This document shows positions 9,617-20,118 of a DNA stretch of 64,000 nucleotides, in pieces; position 1 is the first letter of the stretch, and each line of letters begins with the position of its first letter. Origin of the DNA: Minisyncoccota bacterium. Lineage in GTDB: Bacteria; Patescibacteriota; Minisyncoccia; Phycocordibacterales; PALSA-1337. The notes below the pieces were generated by a model that worked only from the letters and a program-made list of their open reading frames with translations, had not been told where the DNA came from and did no database searches. Position numbers and translations under genes: made by a program. The DNA lies in contig JBAZRG010000001.1 of assembly GCA_041663145.1 (NCBI GenBank), forward strand, positions 74,467 through 138,466. Direction: 5' to 3'.

Positions 9617-10165
9617 TTAGGATTTGAACTTCATATCGTACCAATCAAGATTGTATATATCCTGTATGAGTATTCTCTCTCCTTTTGCCCATGTTTTGTT
9701 GTTTTCCATTTTGAGGAGTTTCATTGCTTTTTTAATGCTTGGCTCACTTGGACCCTCTATCTCTACAAATGCTGGCATGCCTGGATATTGATCTATATCG
9801 AACCTCCAATCATTTAATAAAAATGAAATGCGGATTTTCTCTTGGTGTGCGTATTTTTCTAAACCGATTTCCTGGAACAAATCGGATAATTGCTCTGGTG
9901 AATCGATATTAAAATTGATCTCTTTATGCTTTCGTACACCACTACGTATTTTTGATTTTGCTTTCCATGTCACCTCATGCCTTCCTTCAGAGTTAGATCT
10001 TATTCGAAGAAACCAAAGATCCTCACCTTCCTTTGTACCAATGGGTCGATACCAATCAACTGTTAATGTCGTTTCTTGAATCTTTTTGGCTTTTAATGAA
10101 ATAAGTAACCTGATTACCTGGTCCTTGTCGATATCTAATACCTTTGTTTCTATTTCTATAGCCAT
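9617..10165 (-). CDS. CYTH-domain protein (CyaB/thiamine-triphosphatase-like)
   Basis: N-terminal 'EIETKV' (an ExExK motif) and size about 180 aa. Confidence 0.5.
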   Translation of the reverse strand: MAIEIETKVLDIDKDQVIRLLISLKAKKIQETTLTVDWYRPIGTKEGEDLWFLRIRSNSEGRHEVTWKAKSKIRSGVRKHKEINFNIDSPEQLSDLFQEIGLEKYAHQEKIRISFLLNDWRFDIDQYPGMPAFVEIEGPSEPSIKKAMKLLKMENNKTWAKGERILIQDIYNLDWYDMKFKS

Positions 10166-10171
10166 AAAAAA

Positions 10172-10615
10172 TCAGATTTCGTTTCTTATAAGCTTTGCAA
10201 CTGCATGCAGTTCTTGCTCTGGGCTAGATTCTCTACTACCAGGTCGGTATAGGAATTTTCTTGGTTCATACTCGGTAATTCCATCATCGCCTTTTTTTCG
10301 AGGTAACATATGTAAATGAAAATGGGGAACAGATTGGCCTGCTATGTCGTTTTCATTCCAAGCATAATTGAATCCTTCTGCTTGAAATATCTTGATCAGT
10401 GCTTTCTTCATCTTATTACGAATATCGAAAATAGCAGACTTTTCCTCGTCTGTGAGATCTTCAAATAAAGCCACACAGCGTTTTGGTGCTATGAGGACAT
10501 GACCGGGTACTATTGGAATATTTGTGGGAAATGCCCATGCAAGATCGTTTTCACAAATCAGGCGTTTTTTGATCTCGGGAATCTCACAATAAACACAGCG
10601 AATTTTGTTACTCAT
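10172..10615 (-). CDS. HIT-family hydrolase
   Basis: Histidine triad 'VPHFHLHMLPR'. N-terminal Cys pair 'CVYC'. Confidence 0.6.
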   Translation of the reverse strand: MSNKIRCVYCEIPEIKKRLICENDLAWAFPTNIPIVPGHVLIAPKRCVALFEDLTDEEKSAIFDIRNKMKKALIKIFQAEGFNYAWNENDIAGQSVPHFHLHMLPRKKGDDGITEYEPRKFLYRPGSRESSPEQELHAVAKLIRNEI

Positions 10616-10698
10616 GTTTAGACTATATCAAAATGTTAATAGTTTATCTACTAAAAAAGGCGGCACGAATGGGATATGTGCCACCTGAAGATGATGCA

Positions 10699-11217
10699 TT
10701 ACTCGATGAATTCCGAGAATACCGTCATGTCGCGTTCGACCTCACCACGACTGGGAACATGAATGAAGTTATCGAAGGTGGTGATCTGTGATCTGCAGTT
10801 TGCATCTAGCAGAGTCATTGTGCGGTAACCAATCATTCTTGCAATACGGTACCTCCATGTGCTTTCATCACATAAAGTTGGATCATTGTGCGCTCCTTTG
10901 AACAAGTTAACTCTATCGATAGCATTTTCACCGTTTACTATCCAGAAACCTAGCTCCATATGTGCAAAGCAAGCGATCAAGGAGTTGAGGATGACCACTG
11001 GCAGATGTGGATACAGACGAATGAGATCCGATTCGCCGAGTTTTACCGGTTGTAAACCGGATTCAAACCATAGCCGTTTCGTTTCTTTAGGTCTGGTGGG
11101 TGCAAGCTGAAGGCTTAGTCCATCTTCAAGAATTGATTCTGATACCATGTTCACCACATAATCGAAGCGATTGTGATATGTGGGCAGTTTGAGTAGGACA
11201 GGAATTGTTTCATTCAT
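10699..11217 (-). CDS. Hypothetical protein
   Basis: ORF with no recognisable motifs. Confidence 0.35.
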   Translation of the reverse strand: MNETIPVLLKLPTYHNRFDYVVNMVSESILEDGLSLQLAPTRPKETKRLWFESGLQPVKLGESDLIRLYPHLPVVILNSLIACFAHMELGFWIVNGENAIDRVNLFKGAHNDPTLCDESTWRYRIARMIGYRTMTLLDANCRSQITTFDNFIHVPSRGEVERDMTVFSEFIE

Positions 11218-11404
11218 TTAGAGAGTCTTTCTTGGTTTGCTAATCAGGTGAGCTGAGTTGTCAATCTGTGTGTATATTGACACATCCTATCAAAGCCGTC
11301 AATCTTTTGATTGACAAATATTCTGTGCTTGCACTGCGTAGCTCGCGATTAGCGAGCGAAGTAGTCCTCCTTCGCTCGTAGGACACGAGCTTCGGAGGGA
11401 CAAG

Positions 11405-11486
11405 TGCCGGGAGGGAGAATCGAACTCCCATGGATTACTCCGCACGATTTTGAGTCGTGTGCGTCTACCAATTCCGCCATCCCGGC
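11405..11486 (-). tRNA. tRNA-Leu (CAA), type II
   Basis: Minus-strand reading GCCGGGA...TCCCGGC-A. Anticodon loop CTCAAAA, long variable arm, T-loop TTCGATT. Confidence 0.8.
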
Positions 11487-11546
11487 TATGCATACCAGTC
11501 TACTAGAAATCGCTTGAAAATCAAATATGATATATAATATTTCATT

Positions 11547-12521
11547 ATGACAAGCCAATATGTTAATGACGCTATTTTCTGGATTGAAATAGACAAAATC
11601 GCTCCAAATCCCTATCAACCTAGACGAGAATTTGATCCGCTGGCGCTCAAAGCTCTATCGGAATCGATTCGTATGTATGGTGTTTTGCAACCATTGGTTG
11701 TTACTCGAAAAGAGGTTTTTCGTGATGAGGGGGGAATGACGGTCGAGTATGAACTCATTTCCGGCGAGAGAAGATTGCGTGCCTCTAAGCTGGCTGGACT
11801 TCAGGCAGTGCCGGCCCTCATCAGAAATGGTGAAGAGAATGCTCAGGTCAAACTCGAAATGGCAATCATTGAGAATCTTCAAAGAGAGGATCTAAATCCA
11901 GTCGAAAGAGCGCGTTCATTCGAACGATTGTCAAAAGAGTTTGGTCTCAAACAATCCCAGATCGCAGATAAGATGGGTAAGAGTCGCGAATATGTTTCAA
12001 ATTCGATGCGCATACTTTCACTACCTGATGCCATGATCAATGCCTTGGAACAGGGTCGGATCTCCGAAGGGCATACCAGACCACTACTCATGCTCATCGA
12101 TCGTCCGGAAGAACAACAGGTATTGTTCATGGAAATCATGACGAAGAAATTGACCGTTCGCGAAGCCGAGTCTATGTCTCGACGAGTTGCCACCGAGAAG
12201 ATTCGCAATAAGAACAAATATCTCGATCCACAGATAATGGAAATGGAGAAAAATTTTACTCAGTCCTTGGGTACCAGAGTCAGGATAGAAAAGAATAAAG
12301 ACGGCGGAACCGTTACAATCGATTTCTTCAGTCCCGATGATCTGCGTGGTCTTCTTGAACGTTTGAGTAATGAGAAAAGTGAAGTTACGAAAACTGAAAA
12401 TAAGAGTTCAGATAAAAGCGATGTTCTTGGTGGCGAAAATGCTATCGATGATCGTGCTCCTCTCGAAGTGGAGAAAGAAGAAAATGAAGAGATCTATTCA
12501 TTAAAGAACTTCTCGATCTAG
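11547..12521 (+). CDS. parB: Chromosome partitioning protein ParB/Spo0J
   Basis: ParB box 'ISGERRLRASKLAGL' and an HTH region. The acidic/Lys-rich C-terminal tail is atypical. Confidence 0.8.
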   Translation: MTSQYVNDAIFWIEIDKIAPNPYQPRREFDPLALKALSESIRMYGVLQPLVVTRKEVFRDEGGMTVEYELISGERRLRASKLAGLQAVPALIRNGEENAQVKLEMAIIENLQREDLNPVERARSFERLSKEFGLKQSQIADKMGKSREYVSNSMRILSLPDAMINALEQGRISEGHTRPLLMLIDRPEEQQVLFMEIMTKKLTVREAESMSRRVATEKIRNKNKYLDPQIMEMEKNFTQSLGTRVRIEKNKDGGTVTIDFFSPDDLRGLLERLSNEKSEVTKTENKSSDKSDVLGGENAIDDRAPLEVEKEENEEIYSLKNFSI

Positions 12522-14842
12522 ATCTTTTCAACGACTTTCTTTTTTGCAAAACCTCTTTGCTTTTTCGGTTGAGCTAATATTTCCAACGCTCTCTCGAATG
12601 ACAATGAATAGATATCGTCAGGCGCTTTTACGGATCTAAAATCTGCATCATTTCTGACATACGGACCAAAACGTCCGATAGAGGCGACGATAGGATTGCC
12701 TGTTTTCGGATCAGTGCCGAGAGTTTTTGGCAGACTGAGATATTTGAGAGCGTCCGCTACTGTAACCTTCGAAGGATCCATCGTTTTTGGAATCGAAGCC
12801 ATTCTCGGTTTGATCGCTTTTACTATTTTTACTGGCTCTGTATCAATTCCGACGTCACCAGTTACTCCTATTGCACCTGTCACACTTGCTGATACAGCTT
12901 TTTTCGGCTTTTTTGCACGAGGTTTTTTGACTTTCGGCTCACGAATGCCTAGTTGTACATATGGACCGTATTTGCCATTCAATACAAATATCGGAAGGCT
13001 TGATTCCGGATCTACTCCGATCGGTTCGTCTTTTTTGAATTCGGTACCGTCCAACGTGAGCGCTCCATCGCAATCCGGATATTTTGAGCAGGAGAGGAAT
13101 TTGCCATTTTTACCCAACTTGATTTCCATCGGTGTGTTGCCACATTTCGGACATTTGTATTTCGGGTCTGCTGAGCCAAGATTGGTGATCTTTTCTATTT
13201 TGTCTTTTGATTTTACATCTTTATGAAATGGTCCATAAAAATCAGTCAGAGTTTTCAAATATGTTCGTGTTCCAGTCGCTATATCATCGAGCTTATCTTC
13301 CATCTCCGCGGTAAAAGAGTCGCTGATATAGGTAGGGAAATTTTGTTCTATGAATGAAGATACGACATCGCCGGTATCGGTCGGATGAAGTGATTTGTTT
13401 TCTTTGGAAACATAACCACGATCTTCGATGGTCTTCGATATCGATGCGTATGTCGAAGGACGACCGATGCCACGTTTTTCCAGTTCTTTGATAAGTCCGG
13501 CCTCGGTATATCTCGAAGGCGGTTCGGTCTGTTTTTCTTCTTTATCTACGCGCAGAAGATCGAGTTTTTCGTCCTTATTACATTTCGGCAATATATTTTG
13601 TTCGCCGACTGATTCTGGATCGGCTTTGAGCCAACCGTCGAAAATGACACGTGAGCCAGTGGCTTCAAAATCAGGAATGGTTGATTGACCAGCTTGAATA
13701 TTTGCGATTATTTTTGTTCTGGCAAGTTTGGCATCGGCCATTTGTGAAGCTACGGCACGTTGCCAGATCAGACGGTAAAGCTTTTTTTGCTCATCATTGT
13801 GACCGGCTGATTCTTTTACAAAATGAGAAGGACGAATAGCTTCGTGTGCTTCCTGGGCATTTTTACTTTTTGCTGCGTATTTTTGAAATTGGATGTAATT
13901 CTTACCATAAGTTTTCTCGATGACCGCACCGATCTGATCTAGAGCTTGTTGACCGAGATTTGTCGAATCCGTTCGCATGTAGGTGATATAACCGGACTCG
14001 TAGAGTTTCTGAGCGATGCCCATAGTACGTGATGGAGAAAAACCGAGTCGTGAACTGGCGGCTTGCTGGAGTGTGGATGTTATAAATGGAGCACGGGAAG
14101 AACGTTTCTGTTCTGATTCCTCTATATTTACAATATGCCACGGTTCCTTTCGGGCAATCTCAAGTATCGATTCGACTTCTTTGGAGTCGCGTGGTTCCTT
14201 GGAACAAAAAAGTTCTACTTCATCGCCGGAGACAGTTTTCCACATGCCGGAGATTCTCCAATAGGTTTCTGGAACGAATGCTCGGATCTCTCTTTCACGT
14301 TCCATGATGATGCGTAGTGCCGGAGATTGGACACGCCCGGCTGATAGGCCGTAACGGACTTTTTTCCAGATCAATCCGGAGAGATCATAACCGAACAGTC
14401 GGTCTAGGACGCGTCTGGCTTCTTGAGCTTCACGGAGATGTTCATCGATGTCGCGTGGCTGTTTCAAGGCTTCCATAACGGCATCTTTTGTGATCTCATG
14501 ATATGTGACACGCTTCATCTTCTTGGCGATGCCTGCACCGAGTCTTTCCTTCAGAACTTCGGCAATATGCCAAGCTATTGCTTCTCCTTCACGGTCGGGG
14601 TCTGTAGCGAGAATGATCTCATCGGCTTTGGCGGCATTCATGGCTATGTCAGCAATGACATTTTCTTTTTTAGCCACAACTTCATAGTGGGGAATAAAAC
14701 CACCTTCGATGTCTATAGCTTTCTTACTAGACTTTGGTAGGTCACGGACATGTCCAACTGAAGCACGTACCACAAATTCGTCTCCGAGATATTTGGAGAT
14801 TGTTTTTGATTTTGAAGGTGACTCGACGATCATCAATTTCAT
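12518..14842 (-). CDS. topA: DNA topoisomerase I
   Basis: TOPRIM N-terminus 'LMIVESPSKSKTISKYLG', active-site Tyr region, C-terminal Zn ribbons (CPKCG...C..C) and a Lys-rich tail. 774 aa. Confidence 0.9.
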   Translation of the reverse strand: MKLMIVESPSKSKTISKYLGDEFVVRASVGHVRDLPKSSKKAIDIEGGFIPHYEVVAKKENVIADIAMNAAKADEIILATDPDREGEAIAWHIAEVLKERLGAGIAKKMKRVTYHEITKDAVMEALKQPRDIDEHLREAQEARRVLDRLFGYDLSGLIWKKVRYGLSAGRVQSPALRIIMEREREIRAFVPETYWRISGMWKTVSGDEVELFCSKEPRDSKEVESILEIARKEPWHIVNIEESEQKRSSRAPFITSTLQQAASSRLGFSPSRTMGIAQKLYESGYITYMRTDSTNLGQQALDQIGAVIEKTYGKNYIQFQKYAAKSKNAQEAHEAIRPSHFVKESAGHNDEQKKLYRLIWQRAVASQMADAKLARTKIIANIQAGQSTIPDFEATGSRVIFDGWLKADPESVGEQNILPKCNKDEKLDLLRVDKEEKQTEPPSRYTEAGLIKELEKRGIGRPSTYASISKTIEDRGYVSKENKSLHPTDTGDVVSSFIEQNFPTYISDSFTAEMEDKLDDIATGTRTYLKTLTDFYGPFHKDVKSKDKIEKITNLGSADPKYKCPKCGNTPMEIKLGKNGKFLSCSKYPDCDGALTLDGTEFKKDEPIGVDPESSLPIFVLNGKYGPYVQLGIREPKVKKPRAKKPKKAVSASVTGAIGVTGDVGIDTEPVKIVKAIKPRMASIPKTMDPSKVTVADALKYLSLPKTLGTDPKTGNPIVASIGRFGPYVRNDADFRSVKAPDDIYSLSFERALEILAQPKKQRGFAKKKVVEKI

Positions 14843-14883
14843 ATGTTGAGTAAGTATTGCATGATAATTATTTTTTGCAAAAT

Positions 14884-15780
14884 CTATATAGACGTATTGA
14901 TCCTGTATTTACCTTCATCTTCGGTCACAAGATCTAGGAGTTCTAGCTGTGAGATCTCAATATTTAGAGCTGGAGATGAGATCTGGATCTTGTCCAGAAG
15001 TTCTGAGGAGTTTTGTGGAGCGTACCGGAGAATTTGAAGTATCTTCTTTTGTTCATCGGACAGGGACGCGGGTATTATAATCTCGGTTTGAGCGTCATCT
15101 TTTTTCATGGAGTTTTTGGGAATATCAAAACCGAGTGCATCTAGTATATCTTTGGCTGAGAACACCGGTATAGCGCCTTCTTTGAATAGATTGTGAGGAC
15201 CGACTGACAGATCGGAAAATATAGATCCTGGTACGACTAATACGTCCCGATTGAACTCCAGAGCGTGTTTGGCAGTGATGAGTGTACCCGAATCATGCCG
15301 ACCTTCGATAATGAGGGTTGCGTGAGAGATCCCGGCCATCAGACAATTTCTGACAGGGAATGTCCACATAGTCGCTCCCTGTTCGTATTCAAATGGAGAG
15401 AGCAATGTCTGACCTTCACGTATCATCTTATCAGCTAGTGATAGTCGAGTTCTGGGGTACAAAACTTCACGAGATAGACCAGAGCCTGGTATGCCGATCA
15501 CTCTCATGCCAACCTTGAGAGCTTCGGCATGGGCGATCGAATCTATGCCGATAGCCAGACCGGAGACAATGACGATCGGGTAGTCTTTTAGTCTACGAAT
15601 GAGTCTTACGCAAACATCATGCCCATATTTGCTATAATTGCGCGCGCCGACAACGCAAAGATATCGAAATTCTTCTTGGGACGGCGGTAAAGAGCCCGCA
15701 CAATACAGAGTTTTTGGAGGTTTATCTATTTCCAAAAGTAATCTAGGATATTGTGATTTGTTGAGCAATATGGTTTTCAT
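14884..15780 (-). CDS. dprA: DNA processing protein DprA/Smf
   Basis: Rossmann-like 'VVGARNYSKYGHDV...IVSGLAIGIDSIAHAEAL'. The dprA-topA pair is a conserved synteny. Confidence 0.75.
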   Translation of the reverse strand: MKTILLNKSQYPRLLLEIDKPPKTLYCAGSLPPSQEEFRYLCVVGARNYSKYGHDVCVRLIRRLKDYPIVIVSGLAIGIDSIAHAEALKVGMRVIGIPGSGLSREVLYPRTRLSLADKMIREGQTLLSPFEYEQGATMWTFPVRNCLMAGISHATLIIEGRHDSGTLITAKHALEFNRDVLVVPGSIFSDLSVGPHNLFKEGAIPVFSAKDILDALGFDIPKNSMKKDDAQTEIIIPASLSDEQKKILQILRYAPQNSSELLDKIQISSPALNIEISQLELLDLVTEDEGKYRINTSI

Positions 15781-15891
15781 CTATTTATTCGGTATGGAAT
15801 GTAATATCTTAACAGGTGTGATATGAAGAGATGTTCAAAAAAGTATAAAATTATGATAAAATCACTACTATATTAATACACGAACACGAAT

Positions 15892-17154
15892 ATGCTCGAC
15901 ATAAAATTTATCAGGGAAAATAAGGATCTGATTGCGCTTGCGGCAAAAAAGAAACATATCGAATTTGACGTAGAACAACTCATGGTTGTCGATGATAACA
16001 GGCGGACTCTCCAGATGAGTGTCGAGAAAAATCGCGCTTTACAAAATGTCGCTAGCGATAAGATAGCTAGCGCGACCACTCCTGATTTGCGTGCCACGAT
16101 CATAACCGAGATGAAGGAAGTCAAAAAGACTCTCGAAAAAGACGAAGAAGATCTGAAAAAAGTCATGATTGAATGGCAAGCTCTGATGTTAAAGGTTCCG
16201 AATATTCCAGATATGTCGGTACCAGATGGAGTAGATGATGCAGAGAACAAAGAGATCAAGACCTGGGGCGAACAAACAAAGTTTGATTTCGAAGCACGCG
16301 GTCACGAAGAAATCATGAATGGTTTGAAAATGATAGATCTCGAGAGAGGTGCAAAAGTCCACGGTTTCAGAGGATATTTTTTGACTGGTGATGGTGTTCG
16401 ACTTTGTTTTGCTATTTGGAATTATGCTTTGAAGTTTTTTGGCGATAAAAAGTTTACACCAGTTATTCCGCCTATCATTGTCCGCAGGATCAATCTTTTT
16501 GGAACAGGATATTTACCACAAGGTGAGGATGATCTATATAAGACGCAGGATGGGGATTTTCTGGCGGGAACAGCCGAAGTTCCGCTCATGGGTCTGCATG
16601 CCGATGAAGTTTTCAAAGCTGAAGAATTGCCAAAACGATATCTCGGTTTTTCGCCCTGTTACAGGAGGGAGGCTGGTTCACATGGCAAGGACGTCAGTGG
16701 TCTTATTCGAGTCCATGAATTTTATAAATTTGAACAAGTTGTTCTTTGTGAAGCCAATCATGAGACCTCGGTTACTTTCCATGATGAACTAAATCGTAAT
16801 ACGGAGGAATTCATCGAATCATTGGGTATACCATATAGAACCGTTATCAATTGCGGTGGTGATCTAGGTCTTGGTCAAGTCAAGAAATACGATATTGAAC
16901 TATGGGTGCCGAAAGAAGGCAAATATAGAGAAATTTCATCGGCTTCATATTTTCACGATTTCCAAACACGAAGACTAAATATCCGTTATCGTGATGCTGA
17001 GGGTGTGTCACGTTATGCTCACTCCCTAAATTCTACTGCAATACCGACACCGCGCATCCTGGTATCACTAATCGAAAATTATCAGCAAGCCGACGGCACC
17101 GTGCGAATTCCTGATGTTTTGATTCCTTATTATGGTGCAAATAAGATCGGTTGA
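15892..17154 (+). CDS. serS: Seryl-tRNA synthetase
   Basis: N-terminal coiled coil 'MLDIKFIREN', class II motifs ('FRREAGSHGKD', 'GLGQ'). 420 aa. Confidence 0.9.
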   Translation: MLDIKFIRENKDLIALAAKKKHIEFDVEQLMVVDDNRRTLQMSVEKNRALQNVASDKIASATTPDLRATIITEMKEVKKTLEKDEEDLKKVMIEWQALMLKVPNIPDMSVPDGVDDAENKEIKTWGEQTKFDFEARGHEEIMNGLKMIDLERGAKVHGFRGYFLTGDGVRLCFAIWNYALKFFGDKKFTPVIPPIIVRRINLFGTGYLPQGEDDLYKTQDGDFLAGTAEVPLMGLHADEVFKAEELPKRYLGFSPCYRREAGSHGKDVSGLIRVHEFYKFEQVVLCEANHETSVTFHDELNRNTEEFIESLGIPYRTVINCGGDLGLGQVKKYDIELWVPKEGKYREISSASYFHDFQTRRLNIRYRDAEGVSRYAHSLNSTAIPTPRILVSLIENYQQADGTVRIPDVLIPYYGANKIG

Positions 17155-18068
17155 TACAAAATATGCATTCGAGATCACGATTAACAGGTAAACAATCGAA
17201 ACGTTTTATAGAACGTAAACAATCACGATTGATCATCACGACGTTGCTCGTGATGATTAGTCTTGGAACTATCATATTTTCGATTTCTAGATTTTCGAGT
17301 CTGAATGCCTTGGCGATAAATTCTATTACAGTTTCTGGAGCAGATTCGGAAATAGACGGGATACTTAGCGCGGCCGCATACGACGCTTTGGATGGAAAAT
17401 ATCTAGGTCTATTTTCTAAATCAAATATTTTGATATATCCCAAAAAAGCGATACGAGAATCCGTCGAAAAGATCTCTTCCAGAATCGAATCAGTTTCGGT
17501 TTCGAGAGGTGAAGATAGGACACTAAACGTATCCGTAACTCTAAAACAGGCGGCGGCTCTGGTTTGCGCGAACCTACCGGACTTCTCGGACGATTCTACA
17601 GGCTGTTATCTCGCTGATTCTACAGGTCTTATCTTCAAACAATTTAGCGCATCTTCGACTCCGTTTATTAACAAATATTATATTCCTTGGATTTCAGAAA
17701 AGTACGGTGCGGATGGGGATGCTGTTGGTACTTTTGCAACTTCGACGGAATTGTTTTTGGAATTGCAAGAGATTTACAGTGTCATAAAAGAAGCTGGGAT
17801 CAACCTGTCCGGAATATTGGTTGATAAGGACGGCTACGAATTGTACGTTCAAGATTCAAATGATGACATGGAGACTATTTCGCCAAACGATACTTCTGTG
17901 ACCGTCATATATATGAATAATAGTGAAACACTTGCAAATCAGACTGTGAATCTGATTTCATTTTGGAAAAATATGATGGATGATGCCAAACATAACGGTG
18001 TTGTCAAAAAATTTGAATATATCGACGTTCGTTATGGGTCCAATGTATTTTATCGTCTGATAGAGTAA
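17151..18068 (+). CDS. Membrane protein with a POTRA-like domain, possible FtsQ/DivIB homologue
   Basis: One TM helix, then 'INSITVSGADSEIDGILSAA...VSVSRGEDRTLNVSVTLKQAAAL', which resembles the FtsQ POTRA pattern. Overlaps serS by ATGA. Confidence 0.4.
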   Translation: MIQNMHSRSRLTGKQSKRFIERKQSRLIITTLLVMISLGTIIFSISRFSSLNALAINSITVSGADSEIDGILSAAAYDALDGKYLGLFSKSNILIYPKKAIRESVEKISSRIESVSVSRGEDRTLNVSVTLKQAAALVCANLPDFSDDSTGCYLADSTGLIFKQFSASSTPFINKYYIPWISEKYGADGDAVGTFATSTELFLELQEIYSVIKEAGINLSGILVDKDGYELYVQDSNDDMETISPNDTSVTVIYMNNSETLANQTVNLISFWKNMMDDAKHNGVVKKFEYIDVRYGSNVFYRLIE

Positions 18069-18082
18069 AATGAACCTAAAAT

Positions 18083-19003
18083 ATGAGGAATTTCTTTACT
18101 ACAGTATTCGGTGGTTTGGCAGTCGTGGGTATCTTTATGATTTTGGTATCCGTGATCGGTCCTATCGTACAAAATATCAGCTCATGGACCGGTCATGCGG
18201 CTGATTTTTCTGATTCTGGTTGGGCACGCGTCATCAGATTTAGTGCGCTAGAAGAGGAAGATCCTCTGGAATCAGCAGTCCTCAGTATTTCTGATGGTTC
18301 ACTTGCAAAGATGACGGCGGAGGCGTACACCATTCGCGATCTGACTACTTCGAAGACGATTGTGACTAAAAACGTCGATCAATTACGTCCGATGGCTTCT
18401 CTCACAAAACTGGTAACGGCCGTGGTTGCCCGCAAACTTATATTACCAAATGAAAGGGTTACTATTACAAATGAGGTACTGGCGACATATGGAAATACGG
18501 CTGGTCTCAAAAATGGCGAGACATTTCAAGCTGAAGATCTGCAATATCCGTTACTTATGGTTTCGTCGAATGACGCGGCTGAGGCATTGGCTAGAAGCTA
18601 CGGACGGAGAAACTTCATCAAAGCCATGAATGAATTTACCCAGTCGATCGGCGCATACAGAACATACATGGTGGACCCTTCCGGACTTTCTCCGAAGAAT
18701 GTTTCGACTGCCAATGATCTTACAATCATCTTGGATTGGATAAGAAAAAACGACCCTTCCGTATTGCAGATGACGACATTGAAATCTAAAACAATCCGTG
18801 ATCATAGCTGGATAAATCCGACACATTTCCTATCGTGGTCGGACTATATAGGTGGTAAGAACGGTTATTTGCCGGAATCAGATCGCACCTCGGCGTCTCT
18901 GTTCAGTCTGGGTGATAATAAACATGTATATGCAATAGTCTTGCTTGGAAGTGAGACACGCGATGCTGATTGGGTTAGATTAGTTAGACAGGTGACGAAA
19001 TAG
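18083..19003 (+). CDS. Serine-type D-Ala-D-Ala carboxypeptidase (S11/PBP5-like)
   Basis: SxxK 'ASLTK', SxN 'SSND', and a KTG-like 'KNGY' box after the N-terminal TM/signal. Confidence 0.6.
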   Translation: MRNFFTTVFGGLAVVGIFMILVSVIGPIVQNISSWTGHAADFSDSGWARVIRFSALEEEDPLESAVLSISDGSLAKMTAEAYTIRDLTTSKTIVTKNVDQLRPMASLTKLVTAVVARKLILPNERVTITNEVLATYGNTAGLKNGETFQAEDLQYPLLMVSSNDAAEALARSYGRRNFIKAMNEFTQSIGAYRTYMVDPSGLSPKNVSTANDLTIILDWIRKNDPSVLQMTTLKSKTIRDHSWINPTHFLSWSDYIGGKNGYLPESDRTSASLFSLGDNKHVYAIVLLGSETRDADWVRLVRQVTK

Positions 19004-19023
19004 ATAGAGCTTGGTATAGTCAC

Positions 19024-20070
19024 TTGATGAAGAAAAAAGCGGTAAAGGCGCATATGGCTCCGAAAAAGCAGTCATTTTGGAATAAGCTTTGGAATAAGCT
19101 CGGGAGGCCTTTTTTCGTCTTGGCTCCTATGGCAAATGTGACTGATCTGGCATTTCGATCAATGATCGCCAAGTACGGTAAACCTGATGTGATGTGGACA
19201 GAGTTTGTCTCGGCCGATGGACTAGTCTCAGAAGGGAAAGTAAAATTGTTGATCGATCTTAAATTTAACAAAAAAGAAAGACCGATTGTTGCGCAATTGT
19301 TCACGGGTCATCCGGAAGTGATGAACAAAGCGGCGATGATCGTTCAAGATCTAAAGTTTGATGGTTTGGATATCAATATGGGTTGTCCAGATAGAAGTGT
19401 TGAGAAACAGGGAGGCGGCGCGGCTCTAATGAAAAATCCTCAAAAGGCGATTGAAGTGTTGAATGCTGCCAGAGAAGGTGCTCCCAAAATTCCAGTATCC
19501 GTAAAGACAAGGATCGGATATAACGCAATTGATATGGACTGGATTTGTACACTTTTGGAACAAAAATTACCGGTTCTGACTGTGCATTTGAGAACACGCA
19601 AAGAAATGTCGGATGTGCCCGCGCATTGGGATCTGATGCCGGAAATCATAAAGATGCGCGATTCTATCAGTCCGGATACTCTCATTATCGGTAATGGTGA
19701 TGTGGATTCTGTAGAAGATGGAATGAATAAATGTAAAGAAACTGGTTGTGATGGTGTGATGGTTGGTCGAGGTATATTTGGCAAACCCTGGTATTTTAGT
19801 TCGATTAAGAATCACAAAAAAACGATAAAATCAGAAAATCTTACAGAAGAGCGAAGTCCAGAATTTCGAATGAAATTGCTTTTAGAACACGCTATATTAT
19901 TTGAAAAAGCGTTTTGTGGCAAGAAGCGTCTAAAAAGTTTTGATGTAATGAAAAAACACTTCAAAGCTTATGTCTCTGGTTGGGATGGAGCAAAAGAGAT
20001 TCGGGTGGAATTGATGAATGCAGAAAATGCTGGTGATGTGAAAGTGGTAATTAGAAGATATCTGAAATAG
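19024..20070 (+). CDS. tRNA-dihydrouridine synthase
   Basis: TIM-barrel Dus motifs 'LAPMANVTDLAFR' and 'GLDINMGCP', with the catalytic Cys context. Confidence 0.8.
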   Translation: MMKKKAVKAHMAPKKQSFWNKLWNKLGRPFFVLAPMANVTDLAFRSMIAKYGKPDVMWTEFVSADGLVSEGKVKLLIDLKFNKKERPIVAQLFTGHPEVMNKAAMIVQDLKFDGLDINMGCPDRSVEKQGGGAALMKNPQKAIEVLNAAREGAPKIPVSVKTRIGYNAIDMDWICTLLEQKLPVLTVHLRTRKEMSDVPAHWDLMPEIIKMRDSISPDTLIIGNGDVDSVEDGMNKCKETGCDGVMVGRGIFGKPWYFSSIKNHKKTIKSENLTEERSPEFRMKLLLEHAILFEKAFCGKKRLKSFDVMKKHFKAYVSGWDGAKEIRVELMNAENAGDVKVVIRRYLK

Positions 20071-20118
20071 AGATAATGGGGAGTTGAAAAACAATTATCT
20101 CATGAATATTTTCTAAGA

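Noticed and set aside
11299-11618. Two minus-strand ORFs (64 and 89 aa) over tRNA-Leu and its flanks
   Set aside because: They overlap the tRNA-Leu gene and hairpin repeats and have no coding signal.
12696-13226. A 176-aa ORF antisense to topA, and many similar antisense ORFs inside clpB, uvrA, priA, murA, the Kelch gene and others
   Set aside because: They sit on the opposite strand of long genes with strong family signatures and have low-complexity translations. These are standard shadow ORFs.
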